Shown: piece after piece, positions 1 to 12,372 of the stretch
How the letters are laid out: the number at the start of each line of letters is the position of its first letter
Position numbering within the stretch: the first letter of the stretch is position 1
Assembly (NCBI RefSeq): GCF_035084215.1
Contig: NC_090351.1
Location: 23,994,001-24,058,000 of the forward strand
DNA from: Heptranchias perlo
Lineage: Eukaryota
DNA length: 64,000 nucleotides
Direction of reading: 5' to 3'
Made by a program: the position numbers and the translations under genes
The notes under the pieces: model-generated
The model's database searches: none
What the model was told of the DNA's origin: nothing
Seen by the model: the letters and a program-made list of their open reading frames with translations, nothing else

Positions 1-223
1 CTTCCGTTGGTTTTTACCTCAGGCGTACGCTGACGAGATTCTCATGAAATTTCCGTGTAAGCTGCTGGTGGCAAGGTTAGCACAGAAACTGATGTAAATT
101 TCGGGATAATTTTGGCATAAATCAGATCGAGGCGATTCTTTCTCTCACTATATTGTTGAATATAAAAAACTTTCTGTTGAAACTTATGCTGCAATTTTAT
201 TGCTAGGATCTGTCAAAGACAGT

Positions 224-1579
224 GGGGTAGATTTTGACTTTTGGGCAGCTGACTGATGGGGTACACTGGTCGGCTGCCCATTGCTGCAGTGAAGAGGCCT
301 TCTGTCGTTAAGAGGCTGCCGCATCATTTAAATTGGGCAGGCGAGCTTCAGGGCGCCAAACAGGGATCGAGATCATGATCATGGCGGGTGAGGGTCCTGG
401 GGCAGCAGCGGCCCAGATTATTTTTGTGGGCCCTGGAGCTCCCCACAAAAATAATTGAAGACTTACCTTTACAGGGCCTCTTCACTTTCATCACCCATGG
501 AACTGCACAAGCTCCGATCAGTTCCTACCTAAAATGGCAATTGAGGTCCTGTTTACATGCTAGGACCCTGATTTCCATATTAATAGAGACCTGAAACAGG
601 TGGGCATTTTGGACACCCGGTGGCAGGCCCCTTTTAAAATTGAGCTGGTCGCATCGTATGTTAACGAGATGGTAAGGCCAACGACCCCATTTTGAGGCCA
701 TTACTGCCCAATGGGCAAAACTGTGGCAAATGGAATTCAATGTAGGCAAATGTGAGGTCATCCACTTTGGAACAAAAAAGGATAGAACAGGATACTTTCT
801 AAATGGTAAAAAGTTAAAAACAGTGGATGTCCAAAGGGACTTAGGGGTTCAGGTACATAGATCATTGAAGTGTCATGAACAGGTGCAGAAAATAATCAAT
901 AAGGCTAATGGAATGCTGGCCTTTATATCTAGAGGATTGGAGTACAAGGGGGCAGAAGTTATGGTGCAGCTATACAAAACCCTGGTTAGACCGCACCTGG
1001 AGTACTGTGAGCAGTTCTGGGCACCGCACCTTCAGAAGGACACATTGGCCTTGGAGGGAGTGCAGCGTAGATTTACTAGAATGATACCCGGACTTCAAGG
1101 GTTAAGTTACGAGGAGAGATTACACAAATTGGGGTTGTATTCTCTAGAGTTTAGAAGGATAAGGGGTGATCTGATCGAAGTTTATAAGATATTAAGCGGA
1201 ACGGATAGAGTGGATAGAGAGAAGCTATTTCCGCTGGTTGGCGATTCTAGAAGTATGGGGCACAGTCTAAAAATTAGAGCCAGACCTTTCAGGAGTGAGA
1301 TTGGAAAACATTTCTACACACAAAGGGTGGTAGAAGTTTGGAACTCTCTTCCGCAAACGGTAATTGATACTAGCTTAATTGCTAAATTTAAATGTGAGAT
1401 AGATAGCTTTTTGGCAACCAAAGGTATTAAGGGATATGGGCCAAAGGCAGGTATATGGAGCTAGATCACAGATCAGCCATGATCTTATCAAATGGCAAAG
1501 CAGGCACGAGGGGCTGAATGGCCTACTCCTGTTCCTATGTTCCTATTAACGCCAGGTTAGGACATTCAAAATCGACTCC
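224..1579. mobile_element. Non-autonomous Harbinger-type element (MITE) interrupted by a CR1 insertion
   Basis: TIRs ggggtagattttga (224-) and tcaaaatcgactcc (-1579); 3-bp TSD AGT at 221-223 and 1580-1582. Confidence 0.75.
711..1546 (+). mobile_element. 5'-truncated CR1 (HER1-like) LINE: RT C-terminus and 3' UTR
   Basis: ORF 730-1464 WQMEFNVGKCEVIHFG...LYKTLVRPHLEYC...RGDLIEVYK...FYTQRVV; 3' tail cctactcctgttcctatgttcctat. Confidence 0.92.
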
Positions 1580-2123
1580 AGTGATGTTCCCACTGGAGGT
1601 GGTACATGCAACAAAAGAGTTGGTTTCAGCTGGTATCTCAAGCAACAGTGTCACCTCTAAAGGCAATATAAGCACAGATCTGCTTTATCAAGTGGAGACG
1701 GAGATAAATTCTGGTTGCTGACAGTAGGAGCCAGTTGAAGTATTATAGTTCTGTATAAGCCAGTGAAGTAGTTTTGCTATTGCAGTCTGTATGATGCTTC
1801 CCCAGGAGTTAGGAAAAGTACAATCATCTGCACAGAGATCCTCTGGGCGCTACATATAGCAAAATCATTGGTGCGTTCTTTAGAACATGTTTGCGAAATT
1901 ATTATACATAGCGTACAGTAGAAACCTTCCCTAACAGAATCAGAAAAAGGTAATATGTTGGCTCTATCAGTAGCACATATATTCCTAATAGATAGTCACA
2001 GTGACTTTAAAGCAACTGCATATTCGCTAGCTGGCATAGGTTCAGTTGTTTTAAAGTGGAACTGGCTGTTGTAGAACTGCTCTGCAATATAAATAAATTT
2101 GAGAGACCTTGATCACAAAGGAG

Positions 2124-2154
2124 GCTTCTCGGCCTTTTGGCTAAGATCAAGTGT
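2124..2154 (+). ncRNA. U2 snRNA 5' fragment (nt 4-34) heading the Tx1 element; not a complete gene
   Basis: gcttctcggccttttggctaagatcaagtgt is identical to nt 4-34 of vertebrate U2; the rest of U2 is absent. Confidence 0.9.
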
Positions 2155-2302
2155 GTTCCTATTCGGGCTTATTTTGGATCTGAGCTAATCGGAATGCTGG
2201 CTGCGACCTCATGCGCTCGTAAAGTGCGGACTTTGCTGCGATTGTTCAATTTGTGTGCTGGCTCCGCCCCTAAATTTGCATAGGGATTACATCAATACTA
2301 CA

Positions 2303-3821
2303 ATGACAGTGAAGGGCACCTGGGCACTAGGCCATGGTGTGCCAAACACCGTCAGGGTGACGGTAAAGACAGTTGAAAGCGTTACGCCGATGGATCGTGC
2401 GTTTTTTATGAAACGAGTTTTGTTCGACTGTTGTGGATTCGAAGCAACGGACATCTTCTGCCTACAGATTTCCCTCGAAGCGGATATTTCGATGTCACCT
2501 TCAAGACCATCGCTGGATGCCAGAAATTTCTTCAGATGTTCAAGGAAAAGGGGAGCGAAGGACCTCTGGCGATTCTCACTGCGGAGCTGGTCTTCACCCT
2601 CCCAACGCAGAGGAATTGGAAGCTGATTGTACACACTTACAACCCACACATCCCGGTCGTCGATGTGCTGACGTTCCTCGCCAGATACATCAACGGGGCG
2701 GAGAACAGCGTTGATGTCAACGATCGTTTCGGGATCTGGACCAGTAAGAGGGAGGTCACAGCAACGTTGAGAGTGGTCGCCCACGGCAACATCCTCCATC
2801 CCCCTCCAGCTTCGCATCGGAAGAATTCGAGGGTACATCATGTACGTGGGGCAACCCAGAGTCTGACGCACCTGTGGCAAATCCAGCCACGTGGCGGCCT
2901 CCTGCACTGCAACTGTCTGCAAGAACTGCAAGCAGGAAGGGCACCAGACTAAGGACTGCAAAGAGAGCAAGCACTGCAACCTGTGCGGGGAGGATGGCCA
3001 TCTCTACAAGGTCTGCCCCAAACGCAGCTTCAGCTACGCCCAGGCGGCCAAGAGCAACACAGCGGAGGAGGAGGGGGCAACAAGCAAGGCTGCCTCAAAG
3101 AAGGCCAAGAACCCTCGCCCCACCGCGACCCCCCCCCCCCCCCCCCCGAGAAGGCCCCGACCCAGGAAGACAAGGAGCGAGGAAAGGCTCAAGCCGAAAA
3201 CTGCCAGACCCCGACACCGAACTCTGAGCCTTCCCACCAGAAGACAGAGTCCATGGACGAGGAGGCAGCAGAGGAAGAATGGCAGATTGTGAGCAAGAAG
3301 AACAGAAGAGGAAGCCAGAGGAAAGGAAACGAGATCCTGCCGACACTGCAACCAGGGGTAAAAGTGCGCTCGAGTCGCAATCGGACTACAGCGACTACCC
3401 CACGTCTGACGAGGAGGGACAACAGGAGAGAGGCAGCCAGGCTTCTCACTGAAAGCGTCAAAACTTCCAAGGCAACAGTGACGGGATCGACACCCCTATC
3501 TCCAGAACAATGGAAGCGACAACGCCTCCAGCACCCTCCAGCTCCGGGACGCTGGGAGCAACACCGCAGAGAGCGAAGACCGGCTCCAGGAAACTGGGAG
3601 CAGCAACAACAAGGAGCCCCAGCCAATCGAGGATCGCACGGGCTCTCCACCCGACACCATGCTGCCGATGTCACCCAGACGGAACGACGATCCCCTGTCT
3701 GAGGCAGAACAGGACTCGTACCTCAGCTCAGGGAGCGTGGAACACTTTGCACAGATCACCTGGATGTAGGGACATGGCCAAGAGCTGGAAAGAGCAAACG
3801 GACTGTCGGTTGAGACTTTAA
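2303..3821 (+). pseudogene. Tx1 ORF1 (gag-like, CCHC zinc knuckles), frameshifted
   Basis: Pieces in ORFs 2255, 2431, 2891, 2983: NTVRVTVK...DFPRSGYFDVTF; CKNCKQEGHQTKDC; CNLCGEDGHLYKVCP; SYAQAAK; EEEWQIVSKK. Confidence 0.85.
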
Positions 3822-3833
3822 ACTGTTGTTAAA

Positions 3834-6800
3834 ATGGGTCTGAAAGTCACATCCATTAACGTGCGTAGCGTTAAATGCACTACGGGATGTGTGCCGACCT
3901 TGGACTACCTGGCCAAGGTCAAGAGCGACCTACTGTTCATGCAGGAGTTCTGGCACCTCAGCAATTACCGGCAATGGTCGCAGCGGTGGGCCCATGGGCC
4001 GTCGATCTGGTCGGGAAGCAATGATCGCCGTGCCTCCGGCCTGGGGATTCTGCTGTGGGGAAGCAACTTCACCATCACCGAAGTAAAGGAGGTGATTGGG
4101 GTTCGCCTCCTCGTAGCAGACATAATGTACAAAAACGCCCCACTCCGGCTGATCAACGTGTGCGCCCAACTCTGAACAGCGAGGGGCTGGCCGTCTTCCA
4201 GCAGCTCCCACTGCTGCTGGCAACGTCCTTGCCGGTCGTTCTCGGCGGTGACTTCAACTGCATCATCGATGCGGCTGGACGATCTGGCAGAGCCGACAAC
4301 AAACTGGACGCCATGTCCAAACTCCTGATGGAAGCGGTGAAAGACGCCAAGCTGTGCGACGTCTTCAGCAACCCTGCAGACGGAGCGGCGTGTCAATACA
4401 CCTGGTCCAGACCAGACGGGTCCGTCCGTTCCAGGATAGACTTCCTGTTTGCGTCCCCAGTGCTCAAGGTCAGATCCACCAAGGTCACACCGGTGTTCTT
4501 CTCTGACCACTGCCTCCTCCTGGCCGACTGTCACCTACAGGACGATCAGAGAGTGGGCAAGGGGGATATGGAAGCTGAACGTGAAACTGTTGACCCCGGG
4601 AAACATTGAGGAACTGAAGAGGGATTACAAAGGTTGGAGAACCGTAAAACCCCTCTTTGATTCCCCAGTGCACTGGTGGGAAGCCATCAAGGCGAACACC
4701 AAGAGGTTCTTCATCCTCAAAGGTGTTCAGAAGGCGAGAGAGAGGCAGTGGGAAACGTCCCGACTCCAGAAAAGCATGCAGAATCTTCTCCTGCTGCAGT
4801 CGATGAGGATTGATGTCGGGGAGGAACTCAGAGAGATGAAGGACCAGCAAACCTCGCTCTTTGCCTCCGAGGCCTTCAAGATCATCTTCCGGTCCAGAGT
4901 CCGCTCTGTGGAGCAGGACGAGACTTGCTCGCGTTTCTTCTTCCAAAAGGTGCACAGAGAGAGCTCTGTGATCAGCAGCCTGAAGGAAGAGGGCAGCTCA
5001 GTCACGTCCTCGCAGCCCGACATACTGAGGATCTGCAAATCCTTTTATGCCGGACTGCACGACGCAAAGCCCACAGACAGCGCAGCCTCCCAATCCTTCT
5101 TGCTGTCTATCACGGAGGTTCTAGACGACAGCAAGCGGGAGAGTCTGGATCACCCGCTAACTCTGGATGAACTGACAAAGGCTGTCCGTTCCTTCAAGAA
5201 GAGTAGGACTCCCGGAAGCGACGGCTTACCAGTGGAGTTGTACTCGGCTCTGTGGGACTGGATAGGCCTAGACCTGCTGGAATTGTACGGGAGTATGCTT
5301 CTGGCAGGCAGCATGTCAGACTCCATGAGGAAAGGCATCATCACCCTTATCTACAAGCGGAAGGGGGAGAGGGAAGAAATCAAAAATTGGCAAACTATCT
5401 CACTACTTAACATGGACTACAAAATCCTGTCCAAGGTCATCGCCAATTGGGTCAAGTCAGCCCTGGAGGTGGTGATCCACCCAGATCAGACCTGCACCGT
5501 ACACGGCAGGAAGATCTCTGATAGCCTGGCGCTACTCAGGGATACGATCGCCTACGTGCAGAACAGGGGGTGAACACATGCCTGATCAGCCTGGACCAGG
5601 AGAAGGATATCCTACACGTACATGATGGACGTGCTCTCCAAAATGGGGTTTGGGGAGGGAATCCGCAATTGGATCCAACTGCTCTACACAGACATCAGTC
5701 GCGCCGTTTCAATCAACAGGTGGGAATCAGAAAGCTTTCCGGTTAAATCTGGAGTCAGGCAGGGCTGACCTATTTCCTCCATCTTGTTCATGTGCTGCAT
5801 CGAACCCTTTGCCGAGTCCATCAGGAGGGATGCAGGCATAGGAGGGGTGACGATCCCAGGCTGCGGAGGCACTCAGGTCAAGGCCTCCCTGGACATGGAT
5901 GACGTCACTGTCTTTTGCTCGGATCAGCTGTCGGTCCGCAGATTGATGAACATCTGCGACCAGTTCGAACTGGCCTCGGGGGCCAGGGTAAATCGTACCA
6001 AGAGCGAGGCCATGTTCTTTGGGAACTGGACCAACCGATCCTTTGTCCCCGTCACCGTCAGGTTGGATTACCTGAAGGTGCTGGGGAGCTGGTTCGGGGG
6101 GGCCGGGGTGTGCACCAAAAACTAGGAGGAGCGTATTGCCAAGTCAAGCAGAAACTGGGACCGTGGGATCGACGATCCCTCTCGAAAGTGGGCAAAAACC
6201 TGGTCATCAGTTGCAAGGTGCTCTTGGTGTTGCTGTACGTGGCGCAGGTCTGGTCCATACTTCGCTCCTGCGCCGCGACAGTCACCCGAGCCGTTTTTCC
6301 ACTTTATCTGGAGATCAAAAATGGACCGTGTCCGCTGGGACACGATGTACAAATCTCCGGAGATGGGGGAAAGGCGTGCCCAACGTGGCCCTCATCCTGA
6401 TGGCCACCTTTGTGTGCGGCTGCATCCAGCTGTGCGTAGACCCTCGGTACACAAACACAAAGTGTCACTACGTGCTGAGGTTCTATCTGTCCCCAGCGTT
6501 GAGAAGGATCGTCCTGGCCATGCTGCCATGGAACGGTCCGTCCAGTTGGACCATTCCGCCCCACCTGTCATTCGTCGAAAAGTTTATGCAAAAAAACACC
6601 CTTGACCACAAGGCGTTCAGCAAGTGGTCAGCACGTAACATCCTCGAGACCCTGAGGGAAAAGGAGATGGTGGATCCTGTCAATTGTTTCCCTGAGCAGA
6701 CTGTCAATGTCATTTGGCAGAATGCCTCATAGCCTAAGCTTTCAAACAAGCACCAAGGCCTAACTTGGCTGGTGGTGAGAAGGGCCCTTCCTGTCAGATC

Positions 6801-7221
6801 CTTCATGCACTCTTGGAGTCTCAGCACCACCGTGCGCTGTCCCCGAGGAGGCTGCGGTGGAGACAAGACCGTCACCCACCTCCTTCTTGAATGTGTCTTT
6901 GCAAAGAAGGTCTGGAGAGAGGTGCAGTGGTATCTGTCCAGGTTCGTCCCGAGCAGTTCCGTAACACAGGACTCTGTGCTCTACGGGCTGTTTCTGGGGA
7001 CGCACACCGAGACGGACATCAATTGCTGCTAGAAGACCATCAACTCGATGAAAGATGCCCTTTGGTCTGCCCGAAACTTGTTGGCCTTCCAATACAAGGA
7101 GCTGTCCTCGACCGAGTGTTGCGGGCTGGCACATTCCAAGGTCCAGGACTACGTGCTCAGGGACGCACTGAGGCTGGGTGCGGCCGCCGCAAAGGCTCTG
7201 TGGGGAAAGGCAACCATTTAG
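3834..7221 (+). pseudogene. Tx1 ORF2 (APE endonuclease, reverse transcriptase, zinc finger), several stops and frameshifts
   Basis: SINVRSV, LFMQE, GGDFNC, SRIDF, SDHC (APE); PGSDGL, ISLLNMDYKILSK, GVRQG, DMDDV (RT); CPRGGCGGDKTVTHLLLEC; ends at TAG 7219-7221. Confidence 0.9.
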
Positions 7222-7906
7222 AGCCTTCCCGCCATTGTATACCGAGGGGCTGCAATCAGGGAAAAACCCCTCGGGCAGAATGTAAAATTCAAATTGATGT
7301 AATGTACCTGTCATGAATCTGTAATGTACCTGTAATGAATCTGTAATCAATAATCTGTATTAAGTGTAATGCATTGAGGCACCCTAGACTGTCATGAACT
7401 GTAATTATGTACAATGCGTTCATTGAACTGTACTTGATGTAACCTGCAAATTGTATTATCTGTATTGTGTACGTTTGGAATGTGATCTGACAACTGTATT
7501 GTATGTATTGCTGCAAATTTTATGAATAAAGTATATTTTTTGAAAAAAAATTTGAACCAGGAGCTGATACTGCAGAAATGCTTCAGGAAATGGTTCTACA
7601 ATATATCTGCACTGAAAAGGATACTTTGTCTTCATACTTATCAGGGAGGGTGCTAGATACACATTTACTTCTGCCTCTGTATTTCTACATATTCTTATTA
7701 CGCACTTGATCTATATTTGCAATGCAGTGCACTATATGTGAAGACAAAGATAAGTCATGCTTCATGTACCTTTTACTCAGAAAGGTACTGTAATGTTATG
7801 ATTGCTATACTTTAGCTGACATTATTTTTGTACACATTTTGAAATATTCCTGACCTCTTTTATCACATGCGTTGCACTCTGATTCTCTGATTACATTGCT
7901 TTTTAG

Positions 7907-7982
7907 TTTTGCTTGCGGTTATGCAAAAATACCTTACCAAGAAAAGGAAGTCCAAAAGTCAGTTAACCCAGGAGCAGCAGTG
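7907..7982 (+). CDS. Possible internal exon of an unidentified host gene
   Basis: Non-repetitive; pyrimidine tract and ttttag acceptor at 7906; GT at 7983; open frames, e.g. FACGYAKIPYQEKEVQKSVNPGAAV; protein not recognised. Confidence 0.25.
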
Positions 7983-8502
7983 GTATCTGACAAGTTGATG
8001 AAATGTTTTAATGCTTATAATAGTATCTTTAGTAGTTTTCCATCATACTCTGATAATCTTCAAAAATTATTTCCATCCAATATTTAATGTTGAATGTTAC
8101 GTAGTAGGATTTGAGCCAGAAGATAATTAACACAAAAGTAGTGAGTTATTAATGTTTAGTTAATGAATGATAGAGACCACACATATCCACGTGGCAGGTA
8201 CAAGTGTGTTATGTGGCTCTTTCTCACGAATGAAATTAAATGAGTGAGGCCATAACACAGTTTAAGAGAAATCAAAGATTAGATTCTGTTCCAACTGTTC
8301 AAAACAAGTATTGTTTCTGAACTGTTTTTTTGCTGAAAGCTTTTTCTTTGATGATATCTTTGTCACAGTTCAAAAACAGAACCATTATATCTAAAAAACC
8401 CTGGAAGATTTGCACGTTCACCAACATCACTGATTTCTGAACACTAACTAGTTTATGTATATTACTTTCTGGTTAGAAATGTAACTTAAAAACAAAAGAT
8501 AT

Positions 8503-8633
8503 GGGGTAGAATTTTTCTGTGGGGGTTCTCCCAATCTGCCGCCATAACTTCAGCAGAAGGTCGATCCTTGGGAAACTGCGTAAACCTCCAAAGTTAAAGC
8601 AGGAGGTCGAAAGAACCACTGCAAAAATTCTAT
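8503..8633. mobile_element. Short MITE-like element
   Basis: Imperfect inverted ends ggtagaatttttctgtgg / ccactgcaaaaattcta; resembles sequence at 1-110 and 61280-61355. Confidence 0.4.
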
Positions 8634-8732
8634 TGGAGCAAGGTAAAGGTGTAATGATAATTGAATAACAAGAAGGTAGGTCAACTGTCCAGCCAGTCAG
8701 AGGCTAGGTCATTGAGTCACTCTTGTGTATGT

Positions 8733-9226
8733 CTTCCAGTACAAGGAGCTGTCCTCCACCGAGTGTTGCAGATTGGCACTTTCCAAGGTCCAGGACTACG
8801 TGCTGAGGGACGCAATGAAGTTGGGTGTGGCCGACGCAGAGGATCTGTGGGGAATGGCTACTGTTTAGTGCCTTCCTGCCATTGTAGGCATTGTAGGCAG
8901 GAAGGCACTAAAGGGGCTGCAATCAGGGAAAAACCCCCTCAGGCAGAATGTAAAATACAAATTTATGTAATGAAATGTAATGTACCTGTAATGAATCTGT
9001 AATCAACAAGCTGCATTGATTGTGTTGCAATGAGGCACCCTAGAATGTCATGAACTGCAATTATGCATGATGTGTAACTGTATTGTTGGAATCATATTTG
9101 AATTGTACTATATGTATCTTGCAAATTGTATAATCTGTATTGTGTACGTTTGAAATGTGATATGACAACTGTATTGTATGTATTGTTACAAATTTTATGA
9201 ATAAAGTATATTTTTTGGAAAAAAAA
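8733..9226 (+). mobile_element. 5'-truncated copy of the same Tx1 family (ORF2 end and 3' UTR)
   Basis: Aligns by eye to 7087-7550 (tacaaggagctgtcc...ccaaggtccaggactacgtgct...tatgaataaagtata, A tail). Confidence 0.9.
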
Positions 9227-10523
9227 TGTTTTATATGTATGGAAGAATGCAGAATGTGACAGTTACAGTAAACTGTCTCAAGAAGATGAAACGTAACCTT
9301 CCTGAATGGTGATAGTTAGTAAGCTTGTCACAAAGGACAGTTTTACTTTGTAGTTGCTTTATGTTGTACCTGCACTTAGTTTTAAAAGATAGTAAAAACG
9401 CTCTATTCTTGGAACTGATATCCCTTATCATGACGAACAATAGAAAAAAATCCCCAAATGAGAAAACTTCATGAAAAAAGACTGTTTTCAGAAGAAATTA
9501 TAAATGACCATATTATGTTGCTTGCTGTAACTCACGGCTACAGCATTAAGTTGAAAGAGCTTTTAACTTTTTTGATTATATATAATGCTGGATTGCAAGT
9601 ACGTTTATCTTAATTCACCGTGTTATTTAATTCTCTGGAGATACAGCGTGGTGTTATACTGTTTTGCACAAATAGAGAAATCTGGCTAAAATTGGACTAT
9701 TAATGTCTAGACCTAGAGAAAGGAAAAATATATGTAACTTTTGCCAGGGAATATGTTACATGTGATTTAAAGTGGAATTATGTGGAACTTAGTGGTTATA
9801 AGCAGCTTCCCCCCAAAAATGTACTAAAAAGGCAATTGGACATAAAAAAAAGGGGAAATGTGTTTTTTATTTATTCCAAGGATCTGTATATTGACAAATG
9901 TTTGTGGCATTTTCCACGAATGATTCATATTTCCACAGTTGTGGTAATCCTATTTTATTTGCTAAATGTTTCCTTTTTATATTTCACATTTTATTCCCCG
10001 AGTGAAAATGTCCTTTTCTTATAATTTCTATTTTTACTCTACTTTGTATTTAGAGTTGTATTCTTGTCACTGCAAGTAAAATATGCTGTGCTGTTTTGCT
10101 TCCTATACCACATGATCTTCAGATTGAGTTCCATTTAAATACTGCCAATACCACTGGATCCCCTGTGACATTCTTCATGGCAAAATGGACTATCCACTGA
10201 TTTATAACAACAACCTGCATTTATGTGGTGCTTCCAAAGCAAAAAAAAAGGCCCAAGGCACTTCAGGAATGAAAATAGATGCCACGCCATGAAGGGAGAA
10301 ATGAAGACAGGAAGATTGTACCATGGAAGGCACTGTGTATTATTCTGCTGCTAAGTTGCTGCAAGTAGACATATCCTGAGATCAATTCGCATGTAATTGT
10401 TTCTTTGCAACTTCTTGCAAATCACCAGTTCACAAGTTCAGAAATAATTGTATTTTTCTTCTTCAAAATGTTTTGACACTTTGAAGGGTGATATCTGAAG
10501 TCTGACAGACACAGGACTTACAT

Positions 10524-10678
10524 ATTTTTTTTATTCGTTCATGGGATGTGGGCGTCACTGGCAAGGACAGCATTTATTGCCCATCCCTAATTGCCCTTGA
10601 GAAGGTGATGGTGAGCTACCTTCTTGAACCGCTGCAGCCCGTGTGGTGAAGGTTCTCCCACAGTGCTGTTAGGTAGGA
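10524..10678 (-). mobile_element. 3' tail of CR1/L2-group LINE family B
   Basis: Reverse complement of the 3' end of the LINE at 49965-51437 (ggcaataaatgctg...cccacatcccatgaacgaataaa). Confidence 0.8.
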
Positions 10679-11140
10679 CTTATATATAAATGTATACCTA
10701 TTATAGTTGTATTAGCTGTGCTCAGATTGGCTTTTTAATCACAAAATCTTGTTGATCTTAATAATATGCTCCATTTTTTATCACAATAAGACTATTTAAA
10801 TATATAAAAATGTACCAAACTCAAGTTGTATGTTCTCCCTTAGCATAAGATGTTGTCAGTTGTAACTTCCAATGTAGAAGCTTGATTTTAAATATTAATT
10901 TACATTTTCTGCTTTTGCACTCAAGGTAATATATACTTGTTGAACATATACTTTTGTTATATAATGCATTCTGGAAAAGTATTAAAAAAGTGCAATGAAA
11001 GTTGATTCATTTTAATATATGCAGCAATATTCCTCTCTGTTTTGTAATTTTAACCCTTCCAACTTAAGTTTCAGGCACTGGAAACAGGCCTTAGAAAAAT
11101 AACTTTGAAATGCATTACATTACCAAAAATAGTGACTATG

Positions 11141-11222
11141 TTTTTTTTTATTCATTCATGGGATGTGGGCATCGCTGGCGAGGCTGGCATTTATTGCCAT
11201 CCCTAATTGCCCTTGAGAAGGT
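11141..11222 (-). mobile_element. 3' tail of LINE family B
   Basis: ttattcattcatgggatgtgggc...ttgagaaggtg, same tail as 10524-10678. Confidence 0.8.
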
Positions 11223-11471
11223 GTAATTTTACCTGTGTATTGTATGAAACCAGACTTTCACTGGGACACCCTAAAATTATCAGTAGTAATTGAGATTTTA
11301 TGATGCTGGATACCATGGTTGCTCAAGGTATTTAAAGTAAAATGCAGAAGGATGAAATCAGCTCACTTCTGATCCTGTCAATTGAGCTATACACATTTTT
11401 GCTGAAGTACCAAATGTAGTGAAAAGTAGGTATTCCACCTAGAGAAACAAATTGCATGTCTTATTTTGCAG

Positions 11472-11524
11472 TTGACTTGGACCAACATGCTGTGCATGCA
11501 GTGTTAGGAGGTGCAGCACTGTGA
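11472..11524 (+). CDS. Possible terminal coding exon of an unidentified host gene
   Basis: ttattttgcag acceptor; short frames ending in stops (xDLDQHAVHAVLGGAAL* or LTWTNMLCMQC*), then AT-rich 3'UTR-like sequence; protein not recognised. Confidence 0.25.
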
Positions 11525-11961
11525 TGAGTGAGTTCTGAGGTACTGAGGAGAGAAGACATGTGTCACCTGAAAGGGAGGGAACGTCAGAAAGGGAGCAAAA
11601 GAAATCTGAATCAAGTCCCATCACTCTAGGACTACTACAGTACAGAGCAGCACAAATGGAAGTCTGAAAGTTGACTGCCCACCAACTATCTCAACGGAGA
11701 AGCCATCTGTGGGGTTTGGGGAATATTGGAACAATCAAGTTCTGATCTTTTTTTAATGGAGTAGACTGTACTTTGCCGTTTTATTATTTGCTTTTGGATG
11801 AAATCATATTTGTTTATATGTTTAAAACATGAGTTGAATTTTCAGTTTGATATATTATCACATCAAATATTTGTAGAAAATGAACATTTTATTACATGAA
11901 AAAACATTTGTTTGGTTTCTGATAAAGTTATGTGTAGCCAAATAGCTTCATCATTATAAAA

Positions 11962-12372
11962 AGAAAGAAAAACTTGCATTTATACAGTGCCTTTCACGAC
12001 TTCAGGACTTCTCAAAGTGCTTTACAACCAATGAAGTACTGTTGTAATGTAGGAAACGTGGCAACCAATTTGCTCATAGCAAGCTCCCGCAAACAGCAAT
12101 GAAATAAATGGCCAAATCATCTGTTTTAGATGTTGGTTGAGGGATAAATTTTTACCCGGACACCAGGAGAACTCCCCTGCTCTTTTTTGAATAGTGCCGT
12201 GGGAACCTTTACGCCTACCTGAGAGGGCAGGTTTAACATCTCATCTGAAAGACTACACCTCCGACTGTGCAGCACTCCCTCAGGTGTCTCAAGTGTTACT
12301 CAAGCGTCAGTCTAGATTATGTGCTCAAGTCTCTGGAGTGGGACTTGAACCCACATCCTTCTGACTCAGGGG
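11962..12372 (-). mobile_element. tRNA-headed DeuSINE (SacSINE1-like)
   Basis: Minus strand: B-box ggttcaagtccc, Deu-like core (gtcggaggtgtagtctttcagatgagatgttaaacc...agagcaggggagttctcctggtgtcc), L2-like tail tataaatgcaagtt. Confidence 0.8.

Larger units (their letters stand above)
2124..7550 (+). mobile_element. Near full-length Tx1-clade non-LTR retrotransposon (Keno-like, U2-associated), inactivated
   Basis: U2 head, ORF1 with CCHC knuckles, ORF2 APE-RT-zinc finger, AT-rich 3' UTR, AATAAA at 7525-7530, A tail 7543-7550. Confidence 0.9.

Noticed and set aside
2101-2123. Possible fold-back copy of the U2 head (cttgatc...caaagg) just 5' of the Tx1 element
   Set aside because: Match too short and gapped to distinguish from chance.
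2124-2154. Functional U2 snRNA gene
   Set aside because: Only 31 nt are present; there is no Sm site or 3' stem-loops.
2287-7350. Long antisense ORFs across the Tx1 element
   Set aside because: Expected shadows of GC-rich coding sequence; no independent motifs.
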